From Octopus sinensis (lineage: Eukaryota): a stretch of DNA of 64,000 bases. A program made the position numbers and the translations under genes. How positions within the stretch are numbered: position 1 is the stretch's first letter; each line of letters opens with the position of its first letter. Below, one piece after another: positions 48,561-61,988 of this stretch. Under the pieces are notes generated by a model. It saw only the letters and a list, made by a program, of their open reading frames with translations. It was not told the DNA's origin and ran no database searches. The stretch spans positions 62,248,001 to 62,312,000 of the forward strand of contig NC_043010.1 in the NCBI RefSeq assembly GCF_006345805.1, in the 5' to 3' direction.

Positions 48561-49736
48561 GCATCATTTAAGTACAAAACACTCTTCACCCCCGACTTTA
48601 TTTTACCCCTCCCCCGCCAACTGTTGTGACTTGAAAAACAACAAAAAGGTTTTTCCACAGTAAACAAACGGGGAGATAAGCGAAGGACCCGCCAGAAAGG
48701 GCCGACTCCGTCCAACACCCAACACACAATCCGTCGTCCCCTGCTTATATTTCGATCTCTATTCGAATAAATCTATACAAAATAACCCCAGTTCGCCGTC
48801 CTCTATAGACACAATCCATTTCCTCGGTCAAAGAAATTCAATTCATTCACACAACCCGAACCCCATTATCCGGTCATTCTTTCACGGGGGGATCTATTTC
48901 TCTATGCACCGGTTCCTCATCTGTCTGTGTGTCTGCCTGTGTCGGTAATGTAAGTTCTCTCTCGCTGGTCTTTCTTCTTATTATTTTTTCATATCCCAGA
49001 AAAACCTCCCCGCATGCTTTCCCCTCTAGATCCTTACTCACGAAACCTTCTTGTTATGAAATCCGCCCTTTTTCCAATGCACTTTCTTGAAAACCCCGTC
49101 CGTGGCACCCCGTCCCCCTCTCTTCATCCATCCGTTCCTCTCCTCTCCTCTCCTTCTCTCTCTCTCTCTCTCTCTGTCGGTGTGACATGTCCTGCACGTC
49201 TTAACCACACCCCACTTCACCTCCTCCTACATTGCACTGACTGCTAGATGTACTTTTATATACATATATAACCATGTACATCTATGTAGACTACATATAC
49301 ACAACATACGCTCTACCTGCAGACATATTTAGCCATACACACACACACTTCGGTAATCGCCTATTTGTGTCTATTTAACACCATATATACACATACATAT
49401 ACACATATATGTATATGTATGTGTATATGAAGGCGATACACACCCACATATATAATATGCTTATTTAGCTGCACACCTACATATTTACAAAGGTATATAT
49501 ACACACGCTCTCTCCTTATTTATCTATCTAATGTATGTATATTTCTGTCTATATGTGTATATTTTTGTATTTAATTTTTCCAAATCATTTGTGCATTTTA
49601 TCCTCATCTTCAGCGTATATCCACTTTATATATATACATACATATATATTATATATATATATATATATCAGAAAACAATCTGTATATTTATATATCTATC
49701 CATCTATCTATATATATATATATATGCAGTGTTATA

Positions 49737-49769
<33 letters not shown>

Positions 49770-49779
49770 ATACACATAC

Positions 49780-49820
<41 letters not shown>

Positions 49821-50319
49821 ATATAATTTCTTATGTAGGATACGACCGTTGGAAACGTTGTATTGTATATTGATGTCTATTTTAATTTTAAAATTTATTT
49901 TGAAATTGTATTGTTTACAAAAGCGAACGGACAACACGGTAACTCTTGAGTTGAAACCGACGCAACCTTTAAAAAAAACACGAAAGGAACTTTGTATATA
50001 TACATATATATATATTTGATTGGGGTTGTTTCGGTTTTATTATTCGTTTAGTATCATAACAATAACAATTGTTGAACAAATAAATTTGAAATACTAACAC
50101 ATTTTTTTTCATTTGACAAGTTTTTTAATTTTAGGCGCGACTATCTCGTCTCTGACTTTCGGTTTTGAAGGCTAAAATTAAGATTTATATTAACATCTAA
50201 ATATTGGCGATTAGCCCAAGGCTAGCGTTGATTGAAGGCGCTCCAGCTGTGGCTTTTCCATCTATGTGGATATCGGGACTATTTATCCGATGTGTTTTCC
50301 CTTTTGCTTAAGACCCTTG

Positions 50320-50560
50320 AATATGATTTGAGGAGGACATTTAACAGCTATTTCTAACAGATCAAGCGACCACATTAATCTCTCATCGCTTGATATATGT
50401 TTGCATGTAGTTTAACCCTTAGCCAGCTCTGATTAATCCGGCCTTTGATCAAAGGCGTTCCATAACTGACCATATTATTTAACGTTTACTTCGATTTTTT
50501 TAAACACAGTAGCGTGGTTTCAGAGTGATTTGGCTGCTTTGTTTAGCAAACCGAACGGTC
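50320..50560 (+). mobile_element. Two family F fragments
   Basis: GCTATTTCTAACAGATCAAGCGACCAC; TTTAACCC...CCTTTGATCAAAGGCGTTCC...GATTTGGCTGC. Confidence 0.5.
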
Positions 50561-50585
50561 TTTATGCCTATTCGTATCTCTAGTA

Positions 50586-50668
50586 CAGGGTACGACAAGA
50601 AAGCCTCCCAGATTCACCAATCTTCGCCGCCTAAAATACGGGGGTCTTTTTTTTCTGCCCGTACCCTG
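50586..50668. mobile_element. 83-bp Tc1/mariner-type MITE
   Basis: TA|CAGGGTACG...CGTACCCTG|TA with imperfect extended TIR. Confidence 0.6.
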
Positions 50669-50952
50669 TATTCCCCTGAAAATGATGAGTTGTGATTTGA
50701 GGGTGCTTCTACTACTATTTCGGCGAAGGCGATAAGATTGCCACTATTTCTAGCTGACCAGATGTCCATGTAGAAGCTCGATCTTGTTTAGAATGAAGTT
50801 TTTTTAATGGTCATTTTGTTCAGTGTTTGGTGATGAAAGATAAAGGTAAGCTACCTGGGAGCCAGGCCCGCCGCCTCGTTACCATCCCTGATTGAAGCCA
50901 TTTCGCTCTACCTGCACTAACGAGGCGAAGAACGTGGAATAACGTATTACCT

Positions 50953-51108
50953 ATTTCTTTACCACCCTCAAGGGGCTAAACACAGAGGGGACAAATAAGG
51001 ACAGACAAACGGATTAAGTCGATTAGATCAACTGCAGTGAGTAACTGGTACTTAATTTATCGACTCCGAAAGGATGAAAGGCAAAGTCGACCCCGGCGGA
51101 ATTTGAAC
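50953..51108 (-). mobile_element. SINE family C (same tail variant as the 15585 copy)
   Basis: GGGGCTAAACACAGAGGGGACAAA...CGAAAGGATGAAAGGCAAAGTCGAC. Confidence 0.85.
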
Positions 51109-52436
51109 TACCACCACAACATCGATTGAACTAAGTTAAAATAAAGGACCCCAAAATGCGGTTTAATTGTTATAAGTCGCTAGTGTTCGTCATTAGACTG
51201 CGACCATGCTGGGGCACCGCCCTTCTCGGGTATAATCGATTGCGCTCACCTGCAGTATCGGTGTCGCGTGTTTATTAGTTGAGATAGGAAAGACAAAGTA
51301 AACTTGGGCCGGATTCGAACTTCGAACCCAACAACACTGGGGGGTTTATATGTGTGTAATGAGAGAGAGAGGGGTAGATGTGGTATTCTGGTTTTCTGCG
51401 CTCTGAGTTCAGATTGTCGCCCGGGTCAGCTTTACTCTCCGTTGTTTCAGGGCTGGTAGATAAAAATTACCCGTCCAATAATGGACTAGATTCTTCTCAT
51501 TTTCTCTCTCACTTTTTTTTTTTTCGCTGTAATTCAAAAGTGCAACCTCGCCGTTGCATTGTTACTTTGGTCCGGCCTAAAGGACTGCATTTAGCAGATT
51601 GCAAGGCCGGCGGTAGAAAACCAAAAAAACTTGCCATATTTCACGTTTGTCGACCTGTAAAGATGAGAAGGTTTTCTCCGCCATACAGAGGTAAAGGTTG
51701 TGGAATCCGTCCGTACATAAACAATGAGCTCCTGTAGCAAGCAGAAGGGCCCAGAGACACGGCATGCTACATTCACCCCCCATTCATTATCATTTCACGT
51801 CAAGTGACTCTTGCGATTAATTAGTCTGAGTTAATTACCGTCTGTGGTCCATTTCATAGACACTAAACCAGCACACCTTTAGAGCTGGTGTGGTGGACAT
51901 TCGGAGGGAATCCATACGTGTTGTGTAAATAAATACTTTATGAGCCAATGTGGGAGCATCTAATTACGCAGACTAATAAATTCGTTTAATTACTGTTTCA
52001 CTGTTAATTTTGTAAACAAATAAAACACCCGTAATTTAGAATTTTGTCAGACGTTCGAGCGAGTCCTGTGTATTCGTTGCTATGAAGATCCCTTTTTCGT
52101 TTTGTATCGGAAATCATTATTTCTCCGATTCGTATTTCATGCTTTGTATATTAAGTGATGCGGGTTTTAATTCGCTGTTAAGTGTTAGTTAGCATCGCTC
52201 TTTCCCTCGCATTGTCTATTTGTTTACATTACACAAATAATTAAATAAATAAATATATATATATGTATATAAAGTTTACTGTTCCGTTAAGGTAGGATCA
52301 ACAAAAAAAGTATTCCATCCAGTGAGAGGTAAATATTTAATACACACAGGTAACTTGTGTCTCTTATTCTGTGTACATTAAATGATATATATATATACCC
52401 ATCGTCTCTCTAAATTATGGTCTCTTGGACGACTCA

Positions 52437-52512
<76 letters not shown>

Positions 52513-52699
52513 ATATCATATTAATATAGAGTTACTATAAGGTAAGGCCTTCATCACCACACGACGTGTGTGGCTTGAAGTTACCTTTAACCAGGTATCG
52601 AAACCGGTTCGCCGACATCTCAGCTCGGATAATATCGATTGTTCTCCAATATTGTTTTGGTTGGATGGAGTGTGTGGATGTTATAGTTGAACAAAGATC

Positions 52700-53000
52700 A
52701 ACCTCATTATGGGACGGGTACTTTATTTTATTCACCCAGGGAAAAGACGAAAGGCAAAGTTGACCTCCACAGCATTTGAACTAAGAGTGCAGGGGCTAAT
52801 ATAGGAAAGTACTTTTCTGTGTTCCTTTACCGGGGCGAAAAGGGAAATTAAAACCTCGGCTGGATTTGAACTTAGAACTTATAGGTGTGTAACTATAAGT
52901 ATCTAATTACGTTCTCTCGTTGTTTCCGAGTTCAAATCCCGTCTGCGTTCAACTTTTCCTCTCCTCCGGCGTCGACAGGACAGTTACCAGTTATATATTG
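52700..53000. mobile_element. Three decayed SINE family C fragments in mixed orientation
   Basis: GAAAGGCAAAGTTGACCTC..ATTTGAACT twice (minus) and GAGTTCAAATCCCG (plus). Confidence 0.5.
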
Positions 53001-54707
53001 AGGTCTCTCCAAACTGCACTATTAACTTATTTTGGAGGGAAGTAAGCCGACAGTGAGCGGGCGATGCGGTTTCGATCACTAGCTACGTTTCATTGAGAAT
53101 GGCATCAATGTCTCGTATTCACACTCGGCTTCTAAAATCCAATCCAATCCATAGAAGAAATCGCGCGCGCGCACATGTGTGTGTGTATGTAAGTATATAT
53201 ATATGTATATATATATGCATACACATACCTATTCGTATAGATACACGTTCAGGCATATATTTATATAGGAAGGTGTCCCTTTAAGTGGTTCCCTGGCTGT
53301 ATTCACCCGCGATCCTTCCTATTCCGGGTGTCAACGGGGTGGTGTGCCTCCTGCACTCCACCCTCTCCTTCGCCACTCTCATGAAATACCTCTAATGGTG
53401 CAACTCCACCACCACCACCTTGTCAACTATTGTTACCGTCTCGTATTTCTAACATAATCAATACTCACCCCTCCCTCCCTCCTATGTTTGCGTGTGTCGT
53501 GTATATACACCAATATATATATATATTATATATATATATATATATATTTATGCTCACGTGTGTGTGTGTGTGGAGTTATATGTGTCTGTTGCGTGTGTGA
53601 TGCGAGGGTTGCGTGCATAGCGAACATATATGTATGCAAGTGTAGCATACAATGGTGTGTGTGTGTGTGTATGGCACACACACATATATATATGTATGTG
53701 TATGTATATTATTTTACATTATATATACGCTGTGTATATACACACATGTGTGTTGTGTTTACCAGTATTTACTTCCTATTTAGCTCCCATCTCCTCACTA
53801 CTTCGCTGAAACCAACTTTTTTTTTATGTGGACCTGGAAGGATAGTTTGGGTGGTGTGGTGTGTGTATGTATCTGTATAAACGCGCATGTGTGTCTGTGT
53901 GTGTATTGTCTATGTATATATATATATATCAATGTGTACGTATACATATGAGTGTATTTGTACCCCTTTCCTCTCTACCTTTCTCTCTTCTCTCCCCCTG
54001 CTTTCTCTGTCTCTTCTCTCTCTCTCTCTCTCTCTTCTCCCCCTACCCTTCTCCCTTGTGTCTGACGTCCATAGAGATAGCCTTACATTAACTTAACATA
54101 TAGCAGGCATACACACACACACACACACACGCACGCACACACACATCACACCATATAATTATATATACATTCTATCTGTTGTGTGTGTGTGTGATGGTGG
54201 GAACATGACTGTGTGTTTGTCTTCTGTGTTTAACTGGACAAAACGCATGGCTCACAGTTTACTTAAGTAGTGTACATGTCACACAGACCTGTGTGTATGT
54301 GTACTTTACAGTATGTGGCAGCGTGACACACACACACACTGATATATATATACATATAAACATATATATATACATGTATACACACGTGTGTGTGTGTGTG
54401 TGTGGAGGCGGGAGGGGAGGGTGGCCCGTGCGTGTTTGGAAGATAGCAGCACCACCATCAGGGAGCTAGCTATACAGTAGGCACGCACACACACACACAC
54501 ACGCATATATTTATAGATAGATAGATATAGATATATATATATATATATACAAAGCTACTACATAAGCACACAGACACAGAGAGAGAGAGAGAGAAGGCAG
54601 TAACAGCCACACCTACACACATTCAGCTATACACAGATCCAGTGCTACTACTTCCACACACACACACACACACACATAGACAACCTTACAACACACACAT
54701 ATAATAT

Positions 54708-54969
54708 ATATATATATAATATATACATATACACGCGTACATACGCTGAGGCCTTGCTACAATTTATGCACACTCACACGTCACACACACACACACTGTT
54801 CAAATACAGCTAAATACACACAACCAGCATTGCTCTCACATGCACACACACACACACACATATATAATCACATTATACGCATAGGCCGTGCTACTCGCGC
54901 ACACACACACACACGCCATAGAAACAGGCGCAATCATACATTCGCATACAACGACAGATTATATGTGTA

Positions 54970-55003
<34 letters not shown>

Positions 55004-55812
55004 GATATATGCTGTACACTGACATATACATACACGCCATCTTAGACAGCTTTACAATTTATGCACGCTCACACGTCATACAAACATATATAGACAGGCA
55101 TCTATTGCCAGCACACACGTCACACACACACACCACACACACACACACGCAGTCATGCAAATATAGCCAGCCCGACACATTCACACGCCACACACACACA
55201 CACGCACATATATATATTTATAAGCGCACACGCAAACACACAGAGACACACACACATACTCAATCAAACGTAGACAGCTCTGTGCATTCTCATACCTCAC
55301 ACAAACACACGCACGCAAGCACACACACACACCACCCTTCTTACACACCCATACACGAAAGCCTTGGTTCTATAGCATTCACACGCAACACAGTCACCCT
55401 GCTCTCGTACACACACACACAACACACGCGATCAGCATTATATACATACATACATACACGGGCAAGCTCTACAATTTATGCACACGTATACTCACACCAC
55501 CACACACGCACATACAACGTGTGTGACTACTTTTATTAGCACTTACATACTTGAAATATTTCTGTTGAAATATCCAAAAGTATCATTGATACACACTCAC
55601 ACAAGACAACTTACACACCACCAGGCCTGACGTATGTATTCTTTGTTTGAAATGTGTATATTTACACACATAGATGTGTGTGTTCATGTTACTACTTGTC
55701 CATCATGGCATTAACCCCCTACACCTCTACATGTCCTTCTTAAGCATGTGTGTGTGTGTGTGTCAGAGGGAGAAAGAGAAATATCCTAACATACGATATA
55801 CAAGTATATATT

Positions 55813-55867
<55 letters not shown>

Positions 55868-56972
55868 ATATAATATATACATATACACGCGTACATACGC
55901 TGAGGCCTTGCTACAATTTATGCACACTCACACGTCACACACAGACACACACACACACACTGTTCAAATACAGCTAAATACACACAACCAGCATTGCTCT
56001 CACACGCCACACACACACACACACATATATAATCACATTATACGCATAGGCCGTGCTACTCGCGCACACACACACACACACGCCATAGAAACAGGCGCAA
56101 TCATACATTCGCATACAACGACAGATTATATGTGTATGTGTGTGTGTGTGGTGTGTATATATATATAGATATATGCTGTACACTGACATATACATACACG
56201 CCATCTTAGACAGCTTTACAATTTATGCACGCTCACACGTCATACAAACATATATAGACAGCATCTATTGCCAGCACACACGTCACACACACACACCACA
56301 CACACACACGCAGTCATGCAAATATAGCCAGCCCGACACATTCACACGCCACACACACACACACGCACATATATATATTTATAAGCGCACACGCAAACAC
56401 ACAGAGACACACACACATACTCAATCAAACGTAGACAGCTCTGTGCATTCTCATACCTCACACAAACACACGCACGCAAGCACACACACACACCCTTCTT
56501 ACACACCCATACACGAAAGCCTTGGTTCTATAGCATTCACACGCAACACAGTCACCCTGCTCTCGTACACACACACACACACACACGCGATCAGCATTAT
56601 ATACATACATACATACACGGGCAAGCTCTACAATTTATGCACACGTATACTCCACACCACCACACACGCACATACAACGTGTGTGACTACTTTTATTAGC
56701 ACTTACATACTTGAAATATTTCTGTTGAAATATCCAAAAGTATCATTGATACACACTCACACAAGACAACTTACACACCACCAGGCCTGACGTATGTATT
56801 CTTTGTTTGAAATGTGTATATTTACACACATAGATGTGTGTGTTCATGTTACTACTTGTCCATCATGGCATTAACCCCCTACACCTCTACATGTCCTTCT
56901 TAAGCATGTGTGTGTGTGTGTGTCAGAGGGAGAAAGAGAAATATCCTAACATACGATATACAAGTATATATT

Positions 56973-57010
<38 letters not shown>
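54708..57010 (+). repeat. Tandem duplication, two copies of ~1.16 kb (junction near 55860)
   Basis: Unique anchors repeat at offsets of 1154-1160 bp (CGCGTACATACG 54734/55888; CCAGGCCTGACG 55621/56781). Confidence 0.95.
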
Positions 57011-57016
<6 letters not shown>

Positions 57017-57772
57017 TAACATACGATATATAAGTATATTTATATATGTGTGTGTGTGTGTGCATAGAAGCACAAACTTTTCGTTTTTGTGATAGAATAT
57101 ATACATATATAACGTTTGTGTGTGTGCATATTTATACATGAATATATATACATACATATATATATGAGTGTGTGTGTATATATATAATTTCTTTCCCTTT
57201 CTGTGTGTATATGTTTTCGTTTCTGTGCACTTGGGTGTATATTATCTTGTCACCAACTTCTTTTCCCTGTGCAAAGATGTAAACAAATGTTTGCTTATAA
57301 TTAATTACCAAACAAACGGGTTAATCACTTAATGACTCATTATCAAAAACTACTCGATAATGCCAATATTTGTTGATCCTTGGTGATAGATTTTTCTCAG
57401 CCTGTCATCATCGTTATTTATCATTGTTATTATTTTTATAAATGTGTTTATAGTGAATGTGATAATATTATTTGTAATCCAATGTGAATCTCTTATTTTT
57501 CCATTATTATAAACTCATTCTTTTGCTCCGTTCACCACTCTCTTCTCTCTCTCCTCTCTCTCCATTCAGTGTTGTCACTGTCCCCACCCCCTTTCCATAT
57601 AAGGCTTAGGGGGGAGTGGGGGCTTGTGCCTATATTCAAGATCATCCCAGTCAAAAAAAAACTGAGCTCAACCGAGGAAGATTCTGTGCAAATAGCTTAA
57701 CCTGATAGAAAGCAATAATGACCGAAATCTCTTCATTCACCTCAAAGATATATCTCAAAGAATACGGCGGAT

Positions 57773-58072
57773 CACTTGCATCTCAACCAACTTTTGCCTA
57801 CTGGACCCTTTTCAAATTTTTTTTTTCACTTCACTGCCCCCCCCCCACCCCAGGCATTTGGTGTTTTAAAAAATCCTATGATTAAATATTAGAAATTGTA
57901 TATAAAAAAAAAATTGTTAGGGGTGGCTGTGTGGTAAGTAGCTTGCTTACCAATCACATGGTTCTGGGTTCAGTCCAACTGTGTGGCACCTTAGGCAAGT
58001 GTCTTCTACTATAGCCTCGGGCTGACCAAAGCCGTGTGAGTGGATTTGGTAGACAGAAACTGAAAGAAGCCG

Positions 58073-58117
<45 letters not shown>

Positions 58118-58515
58118 ATATATGATCGGCTTCTTCTAAAATATGTGACAGTTAGTTGGTTGTCATAATAAAACTCAGAGTTTACATAATATCGAGGTCT
58201 CATTCATTCTTTTGTTGTCATATTATTATTATTAATATATATGTATGTGTCTGTGTTTGTCCCCCCACCAATGCTTGACAGCCAATGCTGGTATGTTTAT
58301 ATCCCCCATAAATTAGCGGTTTGGCAAAAGAGACCAATAGAATAAAATATGAGTCCTGAGGTCGATTTGTTCGACTAAATGCGGTGCTCCAGCATGGCCA
58401 CAGTCAAACGACTGAAACAAGTAAAAGAGTAAAGTATTTTGCAATGTAGAAGTAGAACTAATTTCTTGCATGTAAATTTTGACACCAAAATCTGACCCGG
58501 ACCTGCTGGGGGTCG
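57773..58515. mobile_element. Decayed hAT MITE (2025-2282 family) split by a SINE A insertion
   Basis: TAAAAA(A)TCCTAT..TTAAATATT..AATTGTA..AAAAATTGTTA before the SINE and TATTTT..CA..GTA.AAGTA.AAC after it match the 2025 copy. Confidence 0.55.
57920..58433 (+). mobile_element. SINE family A, full length, with a ~100-bp insert in its internal microsatellite
   Basis: 5' half 57920-58075, 3' half 58245-58433. Confidence 0.9.
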
Positions 58516-58516
58516 A

Positions 58517-58735
58517 TCATTTTAATGTCCACTTTTCAATGCTTGCATGGGTAAGACAAAGTTTGTGGAGGCTGGTTTTCTGTGGCCAGATGTTCTTCCT
58601 GTCCCCAACCCTCACCTGCCTCCAATTAAGGTCATATTTCACCATGGCCTGAGCATGTTTTTCACATAAGACTGGAAACGAACACCATTGCTTGTATGGA
58701 TGGTGATGCTTGCTTGCAAGCAACACATGATATCA
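58517..58735 (-). mobile_element. Family B retroposon variant
   Basis: TTTTAATGTCCACTTTTC..TGCTTGCATGGGT...CCTGTCCCCAACCCTCACC. Confidence 0.7.
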
Positions 58736-58784
58736 AAACAGGAATATACATGAACACACACACACATGCACATACATATGTATA

Positions 58785-58920
58785 CAATGGACTTAGTTTT
58801 CATCCACAAAATTCATCTACAAGGCTTTGGTCAGCCTGGGGTTGTAGTAGAAGACTCTTACCCGAGTGGGACTGAACTCAAGACACCTGGTCAGGAAGCA
58901 AGTTTCTGAACCACACAGTC
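58785..58920 (-). mobile_element. SINE family A 5' half, diverged
   Basis: ACAAGGCTTTGGTCAGCC...TAGTAGAAGAC...GTGGGACTGAAC. Confidence 0.7.
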
Positions 58921-59139
58921 AAGTAACTATGCCTATCCCTAAAAACATGTAATTTTGTCCCCTTTTTAGAAATGCTCTCCTTCTCTCCCTAACTCACCCG
59001 CTCTCTTTACCGTCTTCTCCAACCCATCTTCTTTTCCTTTTCAACGGGAGTAGCCATCTGTCTACTTAACAGCAGGACACCCACCCCTGTCCCTCTACAC
59101 CTCTGATCCCTCATCAACTGGCACAGAGCCTCCCCTACT

Positions 59140-59376
59140 CACCATTACTCCCTCCTCCCAGCTGAGGGGGTTTTTGTTTTGCCAGTTACTCAGTGACCCT
59201 GTCGGTGCTGGTGCCACTCTGTGGAGGGGTTGGCATTAAGAAGGGCATCCAGCTGTAGAAACCAAGCCAAAAACAAGCTATGGAACCGGGTACAGCTCCT
59301 GGCCTTGCCGGCTCCTTTCAAATCATCGAACCCATGCCAGCATGGAAAACACATGTTAAATGATGATGATGATGAT
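59140..59376 (+). mobile_element. Family B retroposon
   Basis: GGTTGGCATTAAGAAGGGCATCCAGCTGTAGAAAC...(GAT)n. Confidence 0.8.
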
Positions 59377-59505
59377 TCTGAAGGTGGAATGACAGAGTTG
59401 CTAGGGTGGTGTTTAGTTAGTTGCCTTTATGTTCTGAGTTCCAATCCCACCAAGGTCAACTTTACTTATCTTTAGTTTCAGGGTCATTAAGTACTGGAGT
59501 GGATT

Positions 59506-59508
<3 letters not shown>

Positions 59509-59570
<62 letters not shown>

Positions 59571-59573
59571 CTC

Positions 59574-59655
<82 letters not shown>
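59509..59655 (+). repeat. (CT)n microsatellite following a decayed SINE C (59380-59505)
   Basis: Direct inspection. Confidence 0.9.
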
Positions 59656-59657
<2 letters not shown>

Positions 59658-60534
59658 TTGCTTTCCTGGAAGATAAAGATGTTGGTCAGACATAAAGCTG
59701 GGCTCAATCAGGTTTAGATGCCCCTGAAGGAACCCCCTGTTACAACAAACCCACACAACCCCTTCAAGGACCGAGGGCCAAAGATAAGAGTGTATTGAAA
59801 TATCAATCAAGTTAAGGGCTTAGTTTCATTAACTATAAGTCCCTAGCCTGTCCCCTAAACCTGTGCTGCATGTTTCAGATCAGCAGAAATGTTAGCATCG
59901 AAGAAGATTCTGTTACAGTATTTGATCCCTCTTTGTATGTTCTTGAACCAAGTCCTACTGAGCTTAACTTTCGTCATATTTCTGGGGTCAAAGATATATA
60001 ATATCAGGCTGCACCTGGCTCCCATCTTTTGTCTTTCTGTATTGTTTGCTGCACCAGTGGGTGATGGGACCGGTAGAGCAACAACAGAGGATAGAGGTGC
60101 TGTGTTAGTTTTGTTACATATCTTAACATTGTGGACTCAAACTCAGCTCAGTTTCACTTCATTGTTCATTAGGTTTAGGGTTGTCCATGAGACATATTAC
60201 ATTGATTGGAAACTGGAGAAGGTGGGTGACAGGAAGAGCCTCCGGTTGTCTGCTTTGAGAGTTCCATCTGACCCATGGAAGCACAGAAAACTAAACGTTA
60301 CAATAATGATGAAGACAGTAATACCAGTGAACTACTGGTGTGTATGATACAGTACCAGTGAATTGGTGGGGCTTATATGCTATATTACAATACCAGTCCA
60401 TTACTGGGTCTACATGACATAAAAGAGTAACAGTCATGGGTTGGTCTCTATAATATGATAGACACAGTACCAGTCAACTCCTGGGGGCGGGGCTCTATAA
60501 TCAACTGTCTTCCTCTGTCTGTGTTACAAGTCAT

Positions 60535-60787
60535 TATTACTTCCACCTTAGCGAAGGCAGGGGTATTGTTTTCAGTTGTGTTTGTTTGTTCGTTTGTCCC
60601 TAGACAGGATATCTCAAGAACCACTGAATGGATCGGGATGAAACTTTCAGGGATGTTTGGCCTCATGACTGGCATGAACTGATTAGATTTTGGGATCGAT
60701 CTGGTACCAGACAAGGATTCTGGATTATTTTTCCTGCTTTTTTTTTACTTAATTTTTGAGAGCAGTCAGGTTCATTTTTAATATTCT
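60535..60787 (+). mobile_element. Helentron-associated interspersed element (HINE-like), 3' truncated
   Basis: Homologous to 61989-62334. Confidence 0.7.
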
Positions 60788-60994
60788 GCCTAATAGGCTG
60801 CCTAATACCTTTGGGTAGCATCTTTTACCAATAACTTTAAGCTGGCTAATACTAATGCCAACCACTTTCCAGGGTGTCTGCTGGGTGCTTTTTACATGGA
60901 ACCAGCACCTGTGCTTTTTACATTAATTATTAATTAAAGTCTAATTGATTGTGTGGACCGAGAATATGTTTTATTTTGTACATAGCCACCCGAC

Positions 60995-61300
60995 CCTGTG
61001 GATTTAGGTTCAATCCCATAATGTGGCACTTTGGAGCAAGGGGTTCTTATTGTATCTTTGACTTGAGCAATATCTTGTGAATGACAATTTGGTCTGACAG
61101 AAACTACAGAAGCCTGTCATCTATGTGTGTGTGTAGATGCAAGCATGGCCGTGTGGTTATGAAGTTTGCTTCACAACTCTGGTTTCAGGTTCAGTCCCAC
61201 TGCATGGTCACTTGGACACATGCGTTTTATTTATTATAGCCTTGGGCCGACCACTGTCTTGTGAGTAGGCATTGAAAGATGGAAACTAAACAGATGTCTG
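60995..61300 (+). mobile_element. Two diverged SINE A 5' halves
   Basis: GGTTCAATCCCA / GGTTCAGTCCCAC...CTTGTGA...GAAACT. Confidence 0.6.
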
Positions 61301-61439
61301 TCGTGTGTGGGTGAGGTGGATGACTGTTTGTTTTCCATTCTCCTGGGGTCAGTGCTGGGATTGATATAATTGTCTACGTCTCTCTCTTCAAATTCGGGAG
61401 TTCTTGTGCTTATATAAGAAACTACTACTACTCCCACCG

Positions 61440-61980
61440 TGTTCTGAATTCAAATTCTGCCAAGGTTGACTTTTCCTCTGATCTTTTTAGGGCCAATGAA
61501 ATAAGCACTGGGGTCGATATAACAGAGTAGTCTGCTCCCTGCCAAAAGTTCAGGCCTTGAGCCTATAAGAGAAAGGGTTTTTATTAAGGTGACGAGCTGG
61601 CAGAACTCTTAGCATGCCAGGCAGGGTGCATAGTGGCCATTTCATCCGTTTTTATGTTTTGAGTTCAAATTCCACCATGGTCAGTTTTGCCTTTTGTCCT
61701 TTTGGGGCTGATGGAGTAAGTACCAACACACACGATATCATGTGTCTTGTGCTTTAGTAGAACCAATTATTACTATCAAGATGGGGAGCTGACTGAATTG
61801 GTTAGCACCCCAGACGAGGGGATTAGCAGCATTTCTCTCTTTTACATTCTAAATTCAAATTCATCCTTTTAGGGTCAATGAAATCAGTACCTATTGAGCA
61901 GTGGGGTCAATGCTATCAACTTACCCCTCCACCAAAACTGCTGGCCTTGTGCCAAAATTTGAAACCATTATTATTATTAT
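61440..61980 (+). mobile_element. Three tandem diverged SINE C copies
   Basis: Repeated TTCAAATTC...GTACC / GGGGTCGAT / GGCCTTG motifs. Confidence 0.65.
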
Positions 61981-61988
61981 TATTATTA

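Noticed and set aside
51378-51737. 119-aa ORF of non-repetitive composition
   Set aside because: Starts inside a decayed SINE C, crosses a poly-T run and has no recognisable domain
59889-60347. 152-aa ORF
   Set aside because: Runs into a family B repeat; no recognisable motif or splice structure
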